From: an uncultured Chloroflexia bacterium
GTDB lineage: Bacteria > Chloroflexota > Limnocylindria > Limnocylindrales > CSP1-4
NCBI GenBank assembly: GCA_963731995.1
Contig: CAVSXV010000004.1
Span: 64,973 to 128,972, forward strand
Length of the DNA: 64,000 nt
Direction of reading: 5' to 3'
Shown: piece after piece, positions 32,114 through 41,790 of the stretch
Position numbering within the stretch: the first letter of the stretch is position 1
Layout: the number at the start of each line of letters is the position of its first letter
The notes under the pieces: model-generated
Seen by the model: the letters and a program-made list of their open reading frames with translations, nothing else
Databases searched by the model: none
What the model was told of the DNA's origin: nothing
Made by a program: the position numbers and the translations under genes

Positions 32114-33070
32114 CCGCTCCAGCGTCGCCCGACTCCGCGTCTCGCCTTTCGCTTCACCTCTTCGGGCTCCGGCTCTGGCACGCCCTTCACGATCTCGCTC
32201 TCGTAGAAGTCCACCGCATCGTCGGCCGTGCCCGAATACTGGACCCTGCCCCCGTCGAGGACGATGGCGTTGTCGCACAGCTCGCGCACGATATGGAGGC
32301 CATGGCCCACGTAGACCACGGTGCGGCCGTCCTTGAGCCGGTCCTTCATGAACTTGGTGGCCTTGGCCTGGAAGGCTGCGTCGCCGACCGAGAGGACCTC
32401 GTCGATGAGCATGATCTCAGCTGGCAGGAACGCCGCCACGCTGAACGCAAGGCGAGCGTACATGCCGCTCGAGTAGTTGCGGACCGGTTGGTCGAGGTAG
32501 CGACCGACCTCGGCGAAGTCCACGATGTCATCGAAGCGTTCCTGGACCTCCGCCGCGCTCATGCCCAGGATGGCGCCGCTGAGGGCGACGTTGTCACGAC
32601 CGGTCAGCATGGGGTGGAAGCCAGCTCCGACCTGGAGCAGGGGTGCTACGCGGCCGTGGATCAGCGCGTTGCCCTCGGTCGGCGCCGTCACTCGGGCCAG
32701 CAGCTTCAGCAGCGTGGTCTTGCCGTGGTTAATATTTTTTGGAAGTTTGTATTGATTTGGAGCAGAGGCGCGACCCGCCGTAGATCTAGGCGCTGCCCTC
32801 TGTCGGCGCCGTCACCCGAGCCAGCAGCTTGAGCAGCGTGGTCTTGCCGAGCCGTTGCGTCCGACGATGCCGAAGATCTGACCGCGCTCGACCTTCAGGT
32901 CCACGCCGCGAACAGCCCACACGATCCGTTCTTCCTTGGTCTGCGTTCCTGGGCTTGCGCGAAAGCACGCCGCCCATCTTGTCCATGAGGGCGCCATGCG
33001 CTGGTCGCCGTGCCAGGCGGAATGACTTGCCCAGGCCCTCCGCCTCGACCGCGACGTTGTCTGCGCTCAC
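32110..33070 (-). pseudogene. wzt: Polysaccharide ABC exporter ATP-binding protein (Wzt/TagH-type), split by a degraded tandem duplication and frame disruptions
   Basis: GTG 33070 gives 'VSADNVAVEAEGLGKSFRL...VWAVRGVDLKVERGQIFGIVGRNG(S)GKTTLLKLLARVTAPTEGSA*'. After the insert, ORF 32110..32691 reads '...TAPTEGNALIHGRVAPLLQVGAGFHPMLTGRDN...YSSGMYARLAFSVA...EIMLIDEVLSVGD...VYVGHG', which contains the Q-loop, ABC signature, Walker B and H-loop. Confidence 0.85.
32671..32848. repeat. 54-bp near-identical direct repeats (32671-32724 and 32795-32848) flanking a 70-bp segment with an extremely AT-rich core, inside wzt
   Basis: Read directly. The two 54-mers differ at 4 positions. Stretch 32729-32760 (ttaatattttttggaagtttgtattgatttgg) has 7 G and 0 C in 32 nt. 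See the findings for the alignment. Confidence 0.9.
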
Positions 33071-33071
33071 G

Positions 33072-33920
33072 TCACTCGCCCATCCAGTCGGCGAAGAGCG
33101 GCTCCCGTCGACGGAAGAACACGAAGCCCACCACGAGCAGGATGATCGCGACTGACCCCCCGAGGAACCATGCCTCGAGCGGCGGGGCTGGCGTCCGCGT
33201 GAAGGCCCACCTGACCGAATCGATGACAGACCGCGAGCGGATTGAGGTAGTAGAACGTGCGGACGTCCGCCGGGATCAACATCGTGGGGTAGATGATCGG
33301 CGACACCCAGAACCAGGCCTGGGTGATCAGCGGCACCAGGATGTCCATGTCGCGGTACTGCACCGAGGTCGCAGCGAAGAGCATCGAGACACCGACCGAG
33401 GTGGCGTACATGATGAGCACGGCGAACGGGAGCGAGAGCAGCCCGATACCTGGGGCGATCCCGTAGACGACCAGCAGCACCAGCAACGCGACGACCATGA
33501 AGCACGAGGTCGACAAGGCTGGCGAGGTTGATCGATAGCGGGAAGTACAACCGGGGCAGGTAGATCCGCTGCACGAGCGCGCCGTTGGCCAGCACGCTGC
33601 TGCCTCCTTCACCGATGTTCTTGCTGAAGATGCGCCAGACGACCCATGCCGGGAAGAGGAAGACCGCGAAGGGCAGGTCTTGTCGCGAGCCGCGATCGAG
33701 GATGAGCCCCATGAAGACGCTGACGATGAGGACAAGAAAGAGCGGCTGCAGGACGACCCAGGCGATGCCCAGGACCGTCGACGAGTAGCGCACCTTGATG
33801 ACACGTTGGGACAGCACCCAGAGGATGCGGCGGGTCTTCCAGAGCTCGCCGAAGCCCAGGATGGGCCACTTCAGCGGGCTCGATGTGCGTAGGACTGAAC
33901 TCGGTGGTCGAGTCGATCAT
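33072..33920 (-). pseudogene. wzm: Polysaccharide ABC exporter permease (Wzm, ABC-2 type), frame-disrupted
   Basis: 'MIDSTTEF' is followed, after frame shifts, by 'KWPILGFGELWKTRRILWVLSQRVIKVRYSSTVLGIAWVVLQPLFLVLIVSVFMGLIL'. Later pieces are 'FAATSVQYRDMDILVPLITQAWFWVSPIIYP...TFYYLNPLA' and the end 'FADWMGE*'. The stop at 33072-33074 overlaps the wzt GTG. Confidence 0.8.
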
Positions 33921-34045
33921 CCTCACTTTGATGGACGTGCTACGGAAGTTGGTCGCGAAGCGCGAGCGCGCCGAAGGGCTTCGCTGCCTGCGGTGATCCG
34001 AGCGTCTGATCGACATCGAGATAGAGCATAGCGGTCGATGGCTCC

Positions 34046-34868
34046 ATGGGTCGGCGCCGGTATGCTTCGGGTATGAAGTGGTGGACACGCTGGGGACAGG
34101 CCGAACGACCGAGCCACGACTGGACGCTCCTGTTCATGCACATCCCCAAGACCGCCGGGTCAACCATGCGCGACGCACTCGCGCAAGGTCTATCGGCCGG
34201 CGAGCGGCTCTTCCTCTACGACGCCGCCGACCTCAAGGGGCCGTCCAGCCGGACCGGTATCACGGACCTTCCACGAAGCCAGCGGGCACTGCCTGCGGTT
34301 CGTGATGGGTCACTTCTACTACGGCCTGCACAGCGACGTCCCGCGACCCACTCGCTACGCGACGATGGTCCGGGATCCCGGTCGAATCGCGTGGTGTCGC
34401 ACTACTATCACTATCGCGCCATGGCGAGCTGCCGTCGGGGAGTCGAGCCTGCCCTGGAGCAGCGCCGGATCATCGAGGGTGGGCTGTCCCTGGAGAAATG
34501 GGTCTTCGACTTGCAGGCGACACAGACGGACAATCAGATGGTCCGCCAGTAGTCTCGGGCGAAACGTCGTATCGTTCGGGAGCTGCCCCGGATGACTTGC
34601 TGACCGAGGCGCTCTTGCACGTAGACGAACACTTCGTGCAGGTACTCGTCCATGGAGCGTATGGAGGAGTCCCTGGAGGCGCCTGAGCTCGAGCTTGGGT
34701 GTTGCTCTCCGGACTCCTCCAAGCGCAATGCTAATGCCTCGAGGGCTGCGCTGAGGACGTCGACCCTCCGGGTCCTCGCGAGGATTCGCGACCTCAATCG
34801 TCTGGACGCAGCGTTCTACACAGCGCATGGCCGAGCGCCTTCAAGACGCGGCATGGACATCCAATTGA
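34046..34868 (+). pseudogene. Sulfotransferase (paralog 2), frame-disrupted
   Basis: 'WTLLFMHIPKTAGSTMRDAL' is the PAPS-binding PKTxGS/T loop. The rest reads 'GHFYYGLHSDVPRPTRYATMVRDPGRI', 'VVSHYYHY', 'GGLSLEKWVFDLQATQTDNQMVRQ' and 'RIRDLNRLDAAFY'. Pieces lie in three frames. Confidence 0.65.
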
Positions 34869-34880
34869 GCGCCGAGCCCG

Positions 34881-35728
34881 ATGTCCGACAGAACGAGTGC
34901 CGATGTCGGCGACGACACTCTCGTGTTCATGCACTGGCCAAGACCGGCGGGACCGCGCTGCGCTCCTCCCTGAGGCAGGCGTTTCCGCCTGAGGTCAGCG
35001 CCTTCGTCTATGGCTCAGGGGACTTGGAGGGTTCTCTGACTCCCGGGCAATTCGCAGGCCCTCGAGCGCGAGTCACTCCAGCGCCTCAGGCTGGTCATGG
35101 GGCACTTCCCGTATGGTCTTCACCAAGAAGATCGATCGGCCCTGCAAGTATGCGACGTTGGTTCGTGATCCAGTGGACCGAGTGGTGTCGTTGTACTACC
35201 ACTTCCGCAACCTTCCGGGAGTCCGCTTCGGCAGCAGAGGCCACCGTGAACGTTGGCGACTGCGCTGGAGGAGGATCTCCCTGGAGGACTGGGTCTTTGG
35301 CGAGAAGCGAATCGCGACAGACAATCTCATGATCCGACACGTGGCAGGGGGCGGACCCATCCCGTTCGGCGCGTGCACGGAAGACCTCTTCGATCGAGCG
35401 ATGGAGAACGTGGAGCGAGACTTCGCTGCTCTCCTGGTGACCGAGGACATGGTTGGCAGCACCTTGGTGTTGCAGCCGGATCGTCGGCCGAGACCTCCCA
35501 ACGGTCAGCCGGGTCAACACGAATCCCAAGCGACCGGCCCTGGAGGAGATTCACCCTGCCACGGTGGCGCGCATTCGGGAACTGAACCACTTGGACGTTC
35601 AATTCCACGAGGCCGCGCTCGACTGGCTGAAGCGGGCTTCCTCATCCCGGACGGCATACCTTGGCAAATCTTCGAGGCCTGAGCGTGAGCAGGCTGCATG
35701 GAGACTCTCCTGGGGCAAGGGGCGCTGA
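34881..35728 (+). pseudogene. Sulfotransferase (paralog 3), frame-disrupted; 3' end uncertain
   Basis: ATG 34881 gives 'MSDRTSADVGDDTLVF'. It is followed by 'HALAKTGGTALRSSLRQAFP', 'KYATLVRDPVDRVVSLYYHF' (RDPxxRxxS), 'ISLEDWVFGEKRIATDNLMIRHV', 'PFGACTEDLFDRAMENVERDFAALLV' and 'VNTNPKRP...IRELNHLDVQFHEAAL'. Confidence 0.65.
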
Positions 35729-35758
35729 CGTAGTCGAAATCCTCCTGCCGGGTTCTGC

Positions 35759-37770
35759 ATGAACAAAGAGTCTGCGCGTGAACTCGTGCGCCTCGCGCCG
35801 CTGTCCTTTCCAAGGTCGTCCGACCCTCTGGTTTCTATCGTCATCCCCGTGTTCAACAAGTGGCGACTGACCTACGAATGCCTGCGAACCCTCCGAGCCG
35901 CGCGTACCGAGGTGGCATACGAGGTCATCATCGTGGATGATGCGTCTTCCGATGCGACCCAGGCTCTCCTGGCTCAGGTCGACGGGATCACGGTCGCGAC
36001 TCAGACGGAGAATGGCGGCTTCCTCCGCGCGTGCGGAGCTGGCGCGCGTCGGGCTAGTGGCGCATACCTCGGCTTCCTGAACAACGACTGTGAGCCCACT
36101 GATGGCTGGCTTGACGAGGCCATCAGTGTGTTCCTTAGCTTCCCCGATGTGGGCCTCGTGGGCTCCAAGCTCGTGTACGCAGATGGACGGCTTCAAGAGG
36201 CAGGCGGCATCGTATGGTCCACCGGTGATCCGTTCAACTACGGATCGCGGGATGGACCCCGACGAACCGGAATTCTTATACACACGGCAGGCTGACTATG
36301 TAAGTGGTGCCGCGATGATCATCGACCGCGAGGTCTGGCGAACGGTGGGTGGCTTCAGCAGAGAATTCGCGCCCGCCTACTTCGAAGACACGGACTTGGC
36401 CTTCAAGGTGCGTTTAGCTGGTTCGAGGGTCGTATACGCCCCGCACTCGGTCGTGGTCCACCACGAAGGCATGACTGGTGGCACGGACACGAGCACCGGC
36501 ATGAAGCGGTACCAGGAGCTCAACGAACCACTCTTCAAGGCCAAGTGGGCGGACGCCTTCGCGCGCCAGCCGCCGTTCGGCCTTTGGCAACGCCTGGCTG
36601 CCGATCATTGGACTGGGAATGGACGAGCCCTGATGGTGGCGAGTTCGATTCCGAGCGCCGCTGACTACTCACACGGTCATCAAGCTATCCAGGAAGCACG
36701 GATCCTCCAGTCCCTGGGCTACTCAGTCACATGGGCTGCCGTGTCGTCAGCTGCGTCCAGCGCACGGATAGGCGATTCTCAGCGGATAGGGTGGAGGTGC
36801 TCGCCCAGCCGCACCTCAAGGGCCTGCTGCGTCTCCTCGCTGAGCGTGGGCCCGAGCTCGATGTTGTCCTATTCGTGGACTCCTCAGTTCCCGACGGGAT
36901 AGCGGAACACGTGCGTCGGCTGGCTACGCGAGCGAAGCTACTAGGCTGGTTTGCGCTCGGGGACATCGAAATGAACACTCGCGCCGCGCTGGGCCCTTCG
37001 AGTGGCGAGCGGAGTAGTGACCTCGATGACGCATCTCATGTCCAGGCTGCCGGAGTCGACCTCCTTCTCTCGCGCGCTGACCAAGAGCGCGAGCTGTCAG
37101 TCGCAGTACCCCACTCCCCACCCGTCGCCCTGGTGCCGTAGTCGTGGATCTGCCATCACATCGACCCACGCCGCACGGCCGTCGCGGTATGGCCTTCATC
37201 GGAGAAGGCGCTCAACCCGCTGACCGAGCGGCCGTGGAGTTCTTGTCAGAGCGAGCGGGGCCGCTATTGCGCGAACGTGGCCAGTCGCTCGAGCTGACGG
37301 TCTTTGGCGCGGGTTGGGAGCAAATCGCCGACTCGCTGTCAGACGACCCAGGGCTGACTTTCGTGAGCGACGGGAGCCGCTTGCAGGATATCTGTGACGA
37401 GTCCTGCCTCATGGTCGTCCTTGCTGGCGCCGGCCATGGTTGGTCGCCTGCCATCGCGGTCGCTGCCTCACGGGGCCTGCCCTGGGTGTTGCTGGCACCT
37501 CCGGGTGGAGCCGAGGGTCGGACCTTGGGTGACAACGACCTCGTAGCTCAGACACCGGATAATCTTGTCGCCCATCTCGCGAGGTTGAGTTCCGACAACG
37601 ACCTGTGGCAGCAGGCGTCGGAGGCTTCACAACGGCTTGCCGAACATCACTACGGGTTCGAGCAGGGCAGAGCCCGATGGCGCCACACACTCGAGATGGC
37701 CGGTGTGACCGGCATAGCGGCCAAGGACCCGATGGTGTCAAGCGCGGGCGTCCCGAGGCGGGCATCGTAG
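35759..37770 (+). pseudogene. Bifunctional-looking GT2 (N-terminal) plus GT4/GT1-like (C-terminal) glycosyltransferase, with frame disruptions and an in-frame TAG at 37139-37141
   Basis: GT2 part: 'LVSIVIPVFNKWRLTYECLRTL...VIIVDDASSD...ENGGFLRACGAGA...LGFLNNDCEP...YVSGAAMIIDREVWRTVGGFSREFAPAYFEDTDLAFKVRL'. C-terminal half: 'RALMVASSIPSAADYSHGHQAIQEARILQSLGYSVTW' and 'RRGMAFIGEGAQPADRAAVEFL...LELTVFGAGW'. Confidence 0.6.
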
Positions 37771-37800
37771 CGGTACCACGTCGGGCAGCTACCGCCAACG

Positions 37801-39859
37801 TTGGCGATGCTACCCTCTGGTCCATGTTCGCCGATCCCATCGGTCCTCTGTGCACCGGTGCGCAGAGTGGGAGTCATTCGCAGGCTCTGGCCAATGGGCG
37901 ACGATGCTGTACTTGGCAGGCGACCGCTGATGCGTGATCGTCCGCCGACCGCGAGTGCCGACCATGCGGTACCGATCGACGCCGAGCAGCTCCGCGACGG
38001 CATGCTTCGGCTGCGGGCAGAACTTGACGATATCCAGCGCGAGTCCAAGCTGGAGATTCGGGAGTTGGAGGCTGCACTTGCGTCGCGACAGGCCGCATCC
38101 CGATACTCAGTGTCAGCGGCCTTGCGACGTCAGGTACGACACGCTTGGGCCAGTGTTGGACGGGCGGTCCTTCGAGTAGTTCCGCAACCCCTCGTGGCGA
38201 TCCTATGGCACAACCCGCTGTTCGATCGGTCTTGGTACCTCACTCGGTACCCTGATGTGGACCAGCGTGGCACTGGTGCAGAGCGCCACTACCGACGACA
38301 CGGATCAGCTGAGGGCCGCAATCCGAATGCCTACTTCGACACTCGCTGGTATCTATCCCGCTATCGAGATGTGGCCGCAGGCAAATTGAACCCCCTCGAC
38401 CATTACCACTACTACGGATCTGCCGAGGGTCGCGATCCGGGCCCGCGCTTCGACACGGACTTGGTATGTGGAGCGATATCCGGATGTCCTTGCGTCCGGC
38501 CTCGATCCATCCTTCACTTCCTCCGCATTGGAGAAGCGGAAGGTCGAGCTCCGCACGGTAGGTCAGCCCGCCACGCTTCAGGGGAGTCCGCGGATCCGAA
38601 CCCATCTCCGATGCATGGCGTCGTACAGCGCACTCTCGTTCGCGACGTCGGTTGCCGCTAGCCAGCGAGGTGTTCGGCGAGATTCCAGGATCACCCGGTT
38701 GCGCTCGTCGTCGATGGCAAGTACCCGGCCCCCGACCGGGATGCCGGCTCGGTGCTCACCGCACAGTACATTCGATTGCTTCAATCCCTCGACTACCACG
38801 TTGTCTTCGTCAGTGCTGCCCCTGACCGGGGACATGGAGGGTACAAGGATGCCCTCCGCTCGACTGGGGTGACTACCCTGGACGCAGGAACTGGCCGCGA
38901 ACGGATCTCATCGAATTCTTGCGTCGCGAAGGCCACCAAATCGACGTGGCCCTTCTTTCTCGTGTGTCGGCGGGCGGCCTGCTCATCGATGACGTCACCT
39001 TCTTCTGCAGGCATGCGAAGACCGTCTTCCTCACTCAGGATCTGATTTCCTGCGAGAGCGGCGACTGGCCGAGTTGGCCGGCGATCGACCGGGCATGTAC
39101 GCTGCTGCCAGCCTTCAGGAGCTCGAGGTCCATGTGGCTCGCCGCCTGGCCAGCGCCACGATCGTTGTCTCCAGTGTCGAACGAGACCTTCTCGCATCGC
39201 TGGCGCCCGGGGCTCGCGTGTACTGGTGTCCGCTGATCCAGGATGCAGTTGGGAGGTCAATTGACTTCGAGTCGAGGTCGGGCGTCGCATTCGTCGGCGG
39301 CTTCCAGCACCCGCCCAACCTGGATGCAGTCGAGTACTTCCTCGACGACGTCTGGCCCGCGATACGCCAGAGATTGCCGCATGCGAACTTCTACGCAATC
39401 GGTCCCGACCTGCCTGCCAACTCAGCCTGCGACCAGACGAGGGCTTCGTGACCGTAGGCCACGTGGAAGACCTGACCCCCTGGCTTGAGCAGGTGCGCGT
39501 CACCGTCGCACCGATGCGGTACGGCGCCGGCATGAAGGGAAAGGTGCTCTCAAGCATGGCCCTCGGTGTGCCGTGTGTCGCATCGAAGGTGGCTGCTGAG
39601 GGGATGGATCCTGCCTTGACGGGCATTGTCGTGGCTGAGAGTGCAGCGGCATTTCGTGGACGAGGTGGTTCGTGTTCACGAAGACCAGGAGGCGTGGCGG
39701 CGACTGGGGGACACAGGGCTTCGCTGGATCGACACACACACCTCCACCCGCAAAGCTCAAGAGAGGCTCCGGCTGATCCTCCGCGATGTCGGGGCGCCGC
39801 TCCCCGGTGCTACGGTGGACACTCCGACTCGGGGGTCTAGGTTGGGCAGCGCTGAATGA
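37801..39859 (+). pseudogene. Coiled-coil / triple 'FDxxWYxxxYPDV' repeat / GT4-like glycosyltransferase fusion, frame-disrupted; start uncertain
   Basis: The coiled coil is 'LRLRAELDDIQRESKLEIRELEAALASRQ'. The repeats lie at 38221-38553: 'LFDRSWYLTRYPDVDQRG..ERHYRRHGSAEGRNPNAYFDTRWYLSRYRDVAAGKLNPLDHYHYYGSAEGRDPGPRFDTD(W)YVERYPDVLASGLDP'. GT4-like part: 'TAQYIRLLQSLDYHVVFVSA', 'RSGVAFVGGFQHPPNLDAVEYFLDDVWPAI' and 'VRVTVAPMRYGAGMKGKVLSSMALGVPCVAS'. Confidence 0.55.
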
Positions 39860-40790
39860 TCGCTTTCAATCGGGATCTGTAGGCGCAGCACCATCGCCTA
39901 CGCCGTTACCCTCCATGAGACGTTCTCAAGACAGCATCCGGATGCCACGTTTTATGTCGTGCTCATGGACGGTGGCGAGGGCATCGATGTCGCGGCGTTC
40001 CCGTTCACGGTCCTGTCGGTCGGTGAGATCGGGTTGCCCGATCCCGACAGGGTCACTGCGCGTTCTACGCGACAGAGCTCGCAAGCATCGTTAAGCCGTT
40101 CACCTTCCAGCTGCTGTTCGATCGACACCCAGGCTCGGCCGTGCTCTACCTCGACCCGGACATCTACGTAGTCTCGCGGTTCGACGAACTCATCGGGATG
40201 CTCGAGGACGGTGTTGGCTGCGTGCTTACTCCATCCATCACCGAGCCAGCGGAGCACGCTGAGTTCGATGACTCGCAGATCTTTCATTTGGGTATCTACA
40301 ATCCCGGCTTCTACTGTTTGTCTGACACGCCTGAAGTCCGGCGGATCACGTGGTGGTGGGCCCGGCGGCTGATGAGTGGCTCTGCCCGCAGCCCCGAGGC
40401 AGACCTGGTCGTCGACCGCGAGTGGACAGACATGTTCCCGGCCCTCATCGAGAGCTGCAGCCTCCTAAGACATCCTGGCTACAGTGTTGGGTACTGGAAC
40501 CTGCCCCAACGACGACTTCGACGCGCGGTGACCAGTGGGACGTCAACGGTGAGCCGCTTAGATTCTTCCAATTCAGCGGGAGCCGCGTTGAGGATGATGC
40601 GGTGTTTACCAGCCACAGCAGACTTCTGGACGCTCGCAACGTAGGGCAGCAGCCGATCTGCTGGCCGAGTATCGGCGCATGGTCATCGGTAATGCCCATA
40701 GCTACTTCAGGACTATTTCGGAGGCGCGCGTGTTGGGCGAGAAGCCCACCACATCTTCTGCTGGTGGGTGGGTCCGAGGAACGCCGCCGC
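39856..40790 (+). pseudogene. GT-A-fold nucleotide-sugar transferase (DxD type, family not recognised), frame-disrupted; 3' boundary uncertain, possibly fused to the next gene
   Basis: ATG 39856 overlaps the previous stop (ATGA). Diagnostic pieces are 'FYATELASIVKPFTFQLLFDRHPGSAVLYLDPDIYVVSRFDELIGML', 'GIYNPGFYCL', 'VVDREWTDMFPALI', 'RHPGYSVGYWNLPQRRL' and 'WDVNGEPLRFFQFSG'. Confidence 0.45.
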
Positions 40791-40919
40791 TGACTGTGCC
40801 GCATCTTTCTGTGACAGCGTGGCATGCGCGCGCCGAATACACAGCGTGGTTGGCTAGTGCCTCGGAAACCGTAGAGGAGCGATCGGCCATAGTCAGCCAG
40901 CACTCCGGTCGAGGACACG

Positions 40920-41661
40920 TTTCACCTGGATGGCTTCTGTGTCGTCTGCGGTTCGGAGCAGTCATTCAGAACGAGCGGCCTGCATGCAAATCGGCTCAGG
41001 GAGCACGGACGCGTCGTCCGAACTGGCGTGAGAACCTGGTGTGCGTCACATGCGGCTTCATCAATCGCCAACGCGCCGCCTATCACCTGTTGCGACAGGA
41101 GACCAGCCGAAGTCGTCATCAAAGATATACCTGACTGAGTTCGTGACCGACTTCTACCGGCTGGTTTCGCAGGAGTACCCGCTAGCCGTTGGCAGCGAAT
41201 ATCTCGGGCCTGACGTGATGGGCGGCACATCGTATGTCGACGGAGTGCCGCACGAGAACTGCAGGCGCTCTCCTATGAGGATGCCTCGTTCCACATGACT
41301 AGTCTCGCTGGACGTGCTCGAACACGTGCCCAATGAGACCCTGGCATTCTCTGAGATGGCACGGACGCTTCGATCCGGTGGAATGCTGCTCATGACGGCA
41401 CCCACAGACATCGCACGTAGTGACAACTTGGTACGGGCCTTCATGTCATCCTCGGGTAAGGTCACCCATCTCATGGAACCGGAGTATCACGGCAACCCGA
41501 TGGATCCTAAAGGTGGATCCCTCTGTTACCGATGGTACGGCTGGCAGGTTCTCGACCAGTTGCGTGAAGCCGGGTTCAGCAGCGCTGCGATCATGACCTA
41601 CTGGTCGGAGCGCTTCCGGTACTTCGGAGACCCACAGATCGCGATTCTTGCTACCCGCTGA
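40920..41661 (+). pseudogene. Class I SAM-dependent methyltransferase with an N-terminal double CxxC zinc-ribbon, frame-disrupted; start uncertain
   Basis: The zinc-ribbon pieces are 'FHLDGFCVVCGSEQSF' and 'NWRENLVCVTCGFINRQRAAYHLL'. The methyltransferase part reads 'IYLTEFVTDFYRLVSQEYPLAVGSEYLG', 'VSLDVLEHVPNETLAFSEMARTLRSGGMLLMTAP' and 'YRWYGWQVLDQLREAGFSSAAIMTYW'. Confidence 0.6.
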
Positions 41662-41790
41662 CCGGGAGGGATATCTGTCGCACCAGTGCCTCGGCTCATC
41701 CGCTAGCTACGAGAGCCAGCCTGGGTTTCGTTGGCCAGGTGGAGGTCCCTGCTAGGAGCCACAAGCTCCCCACCGCACGGCCATGCGTCC

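Noticed and set aside
32725-32794. Diversity-generating retroelement (TR/VR pair), suggested by the adenine bias of the mismatches between the two wzt copies
   Set aside because: The adenine bias holds only for the last ~34 nt. Mismatches in the first ~90 nt are of all types. No reverse transcriptase or accessory gene is visible anywhere in the window. The target is a Walker A ATPase, not a variable ligand-binding fold, and the two copies are directly tandem. It is kept only as a remote alternative in the finding.
32725-32794. Sequencing adaptor, barcode or vector remnant as the source of the AT-rich insert
   Set aside because: I do not recognise the string as any common Illumina, 454, PacBio or Nanopore adaptor from memory. 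It also retains positional similarity (ctgctcca, cttcca, acc) to the genuine wzt continuation. This cannot be excluded without a database search.
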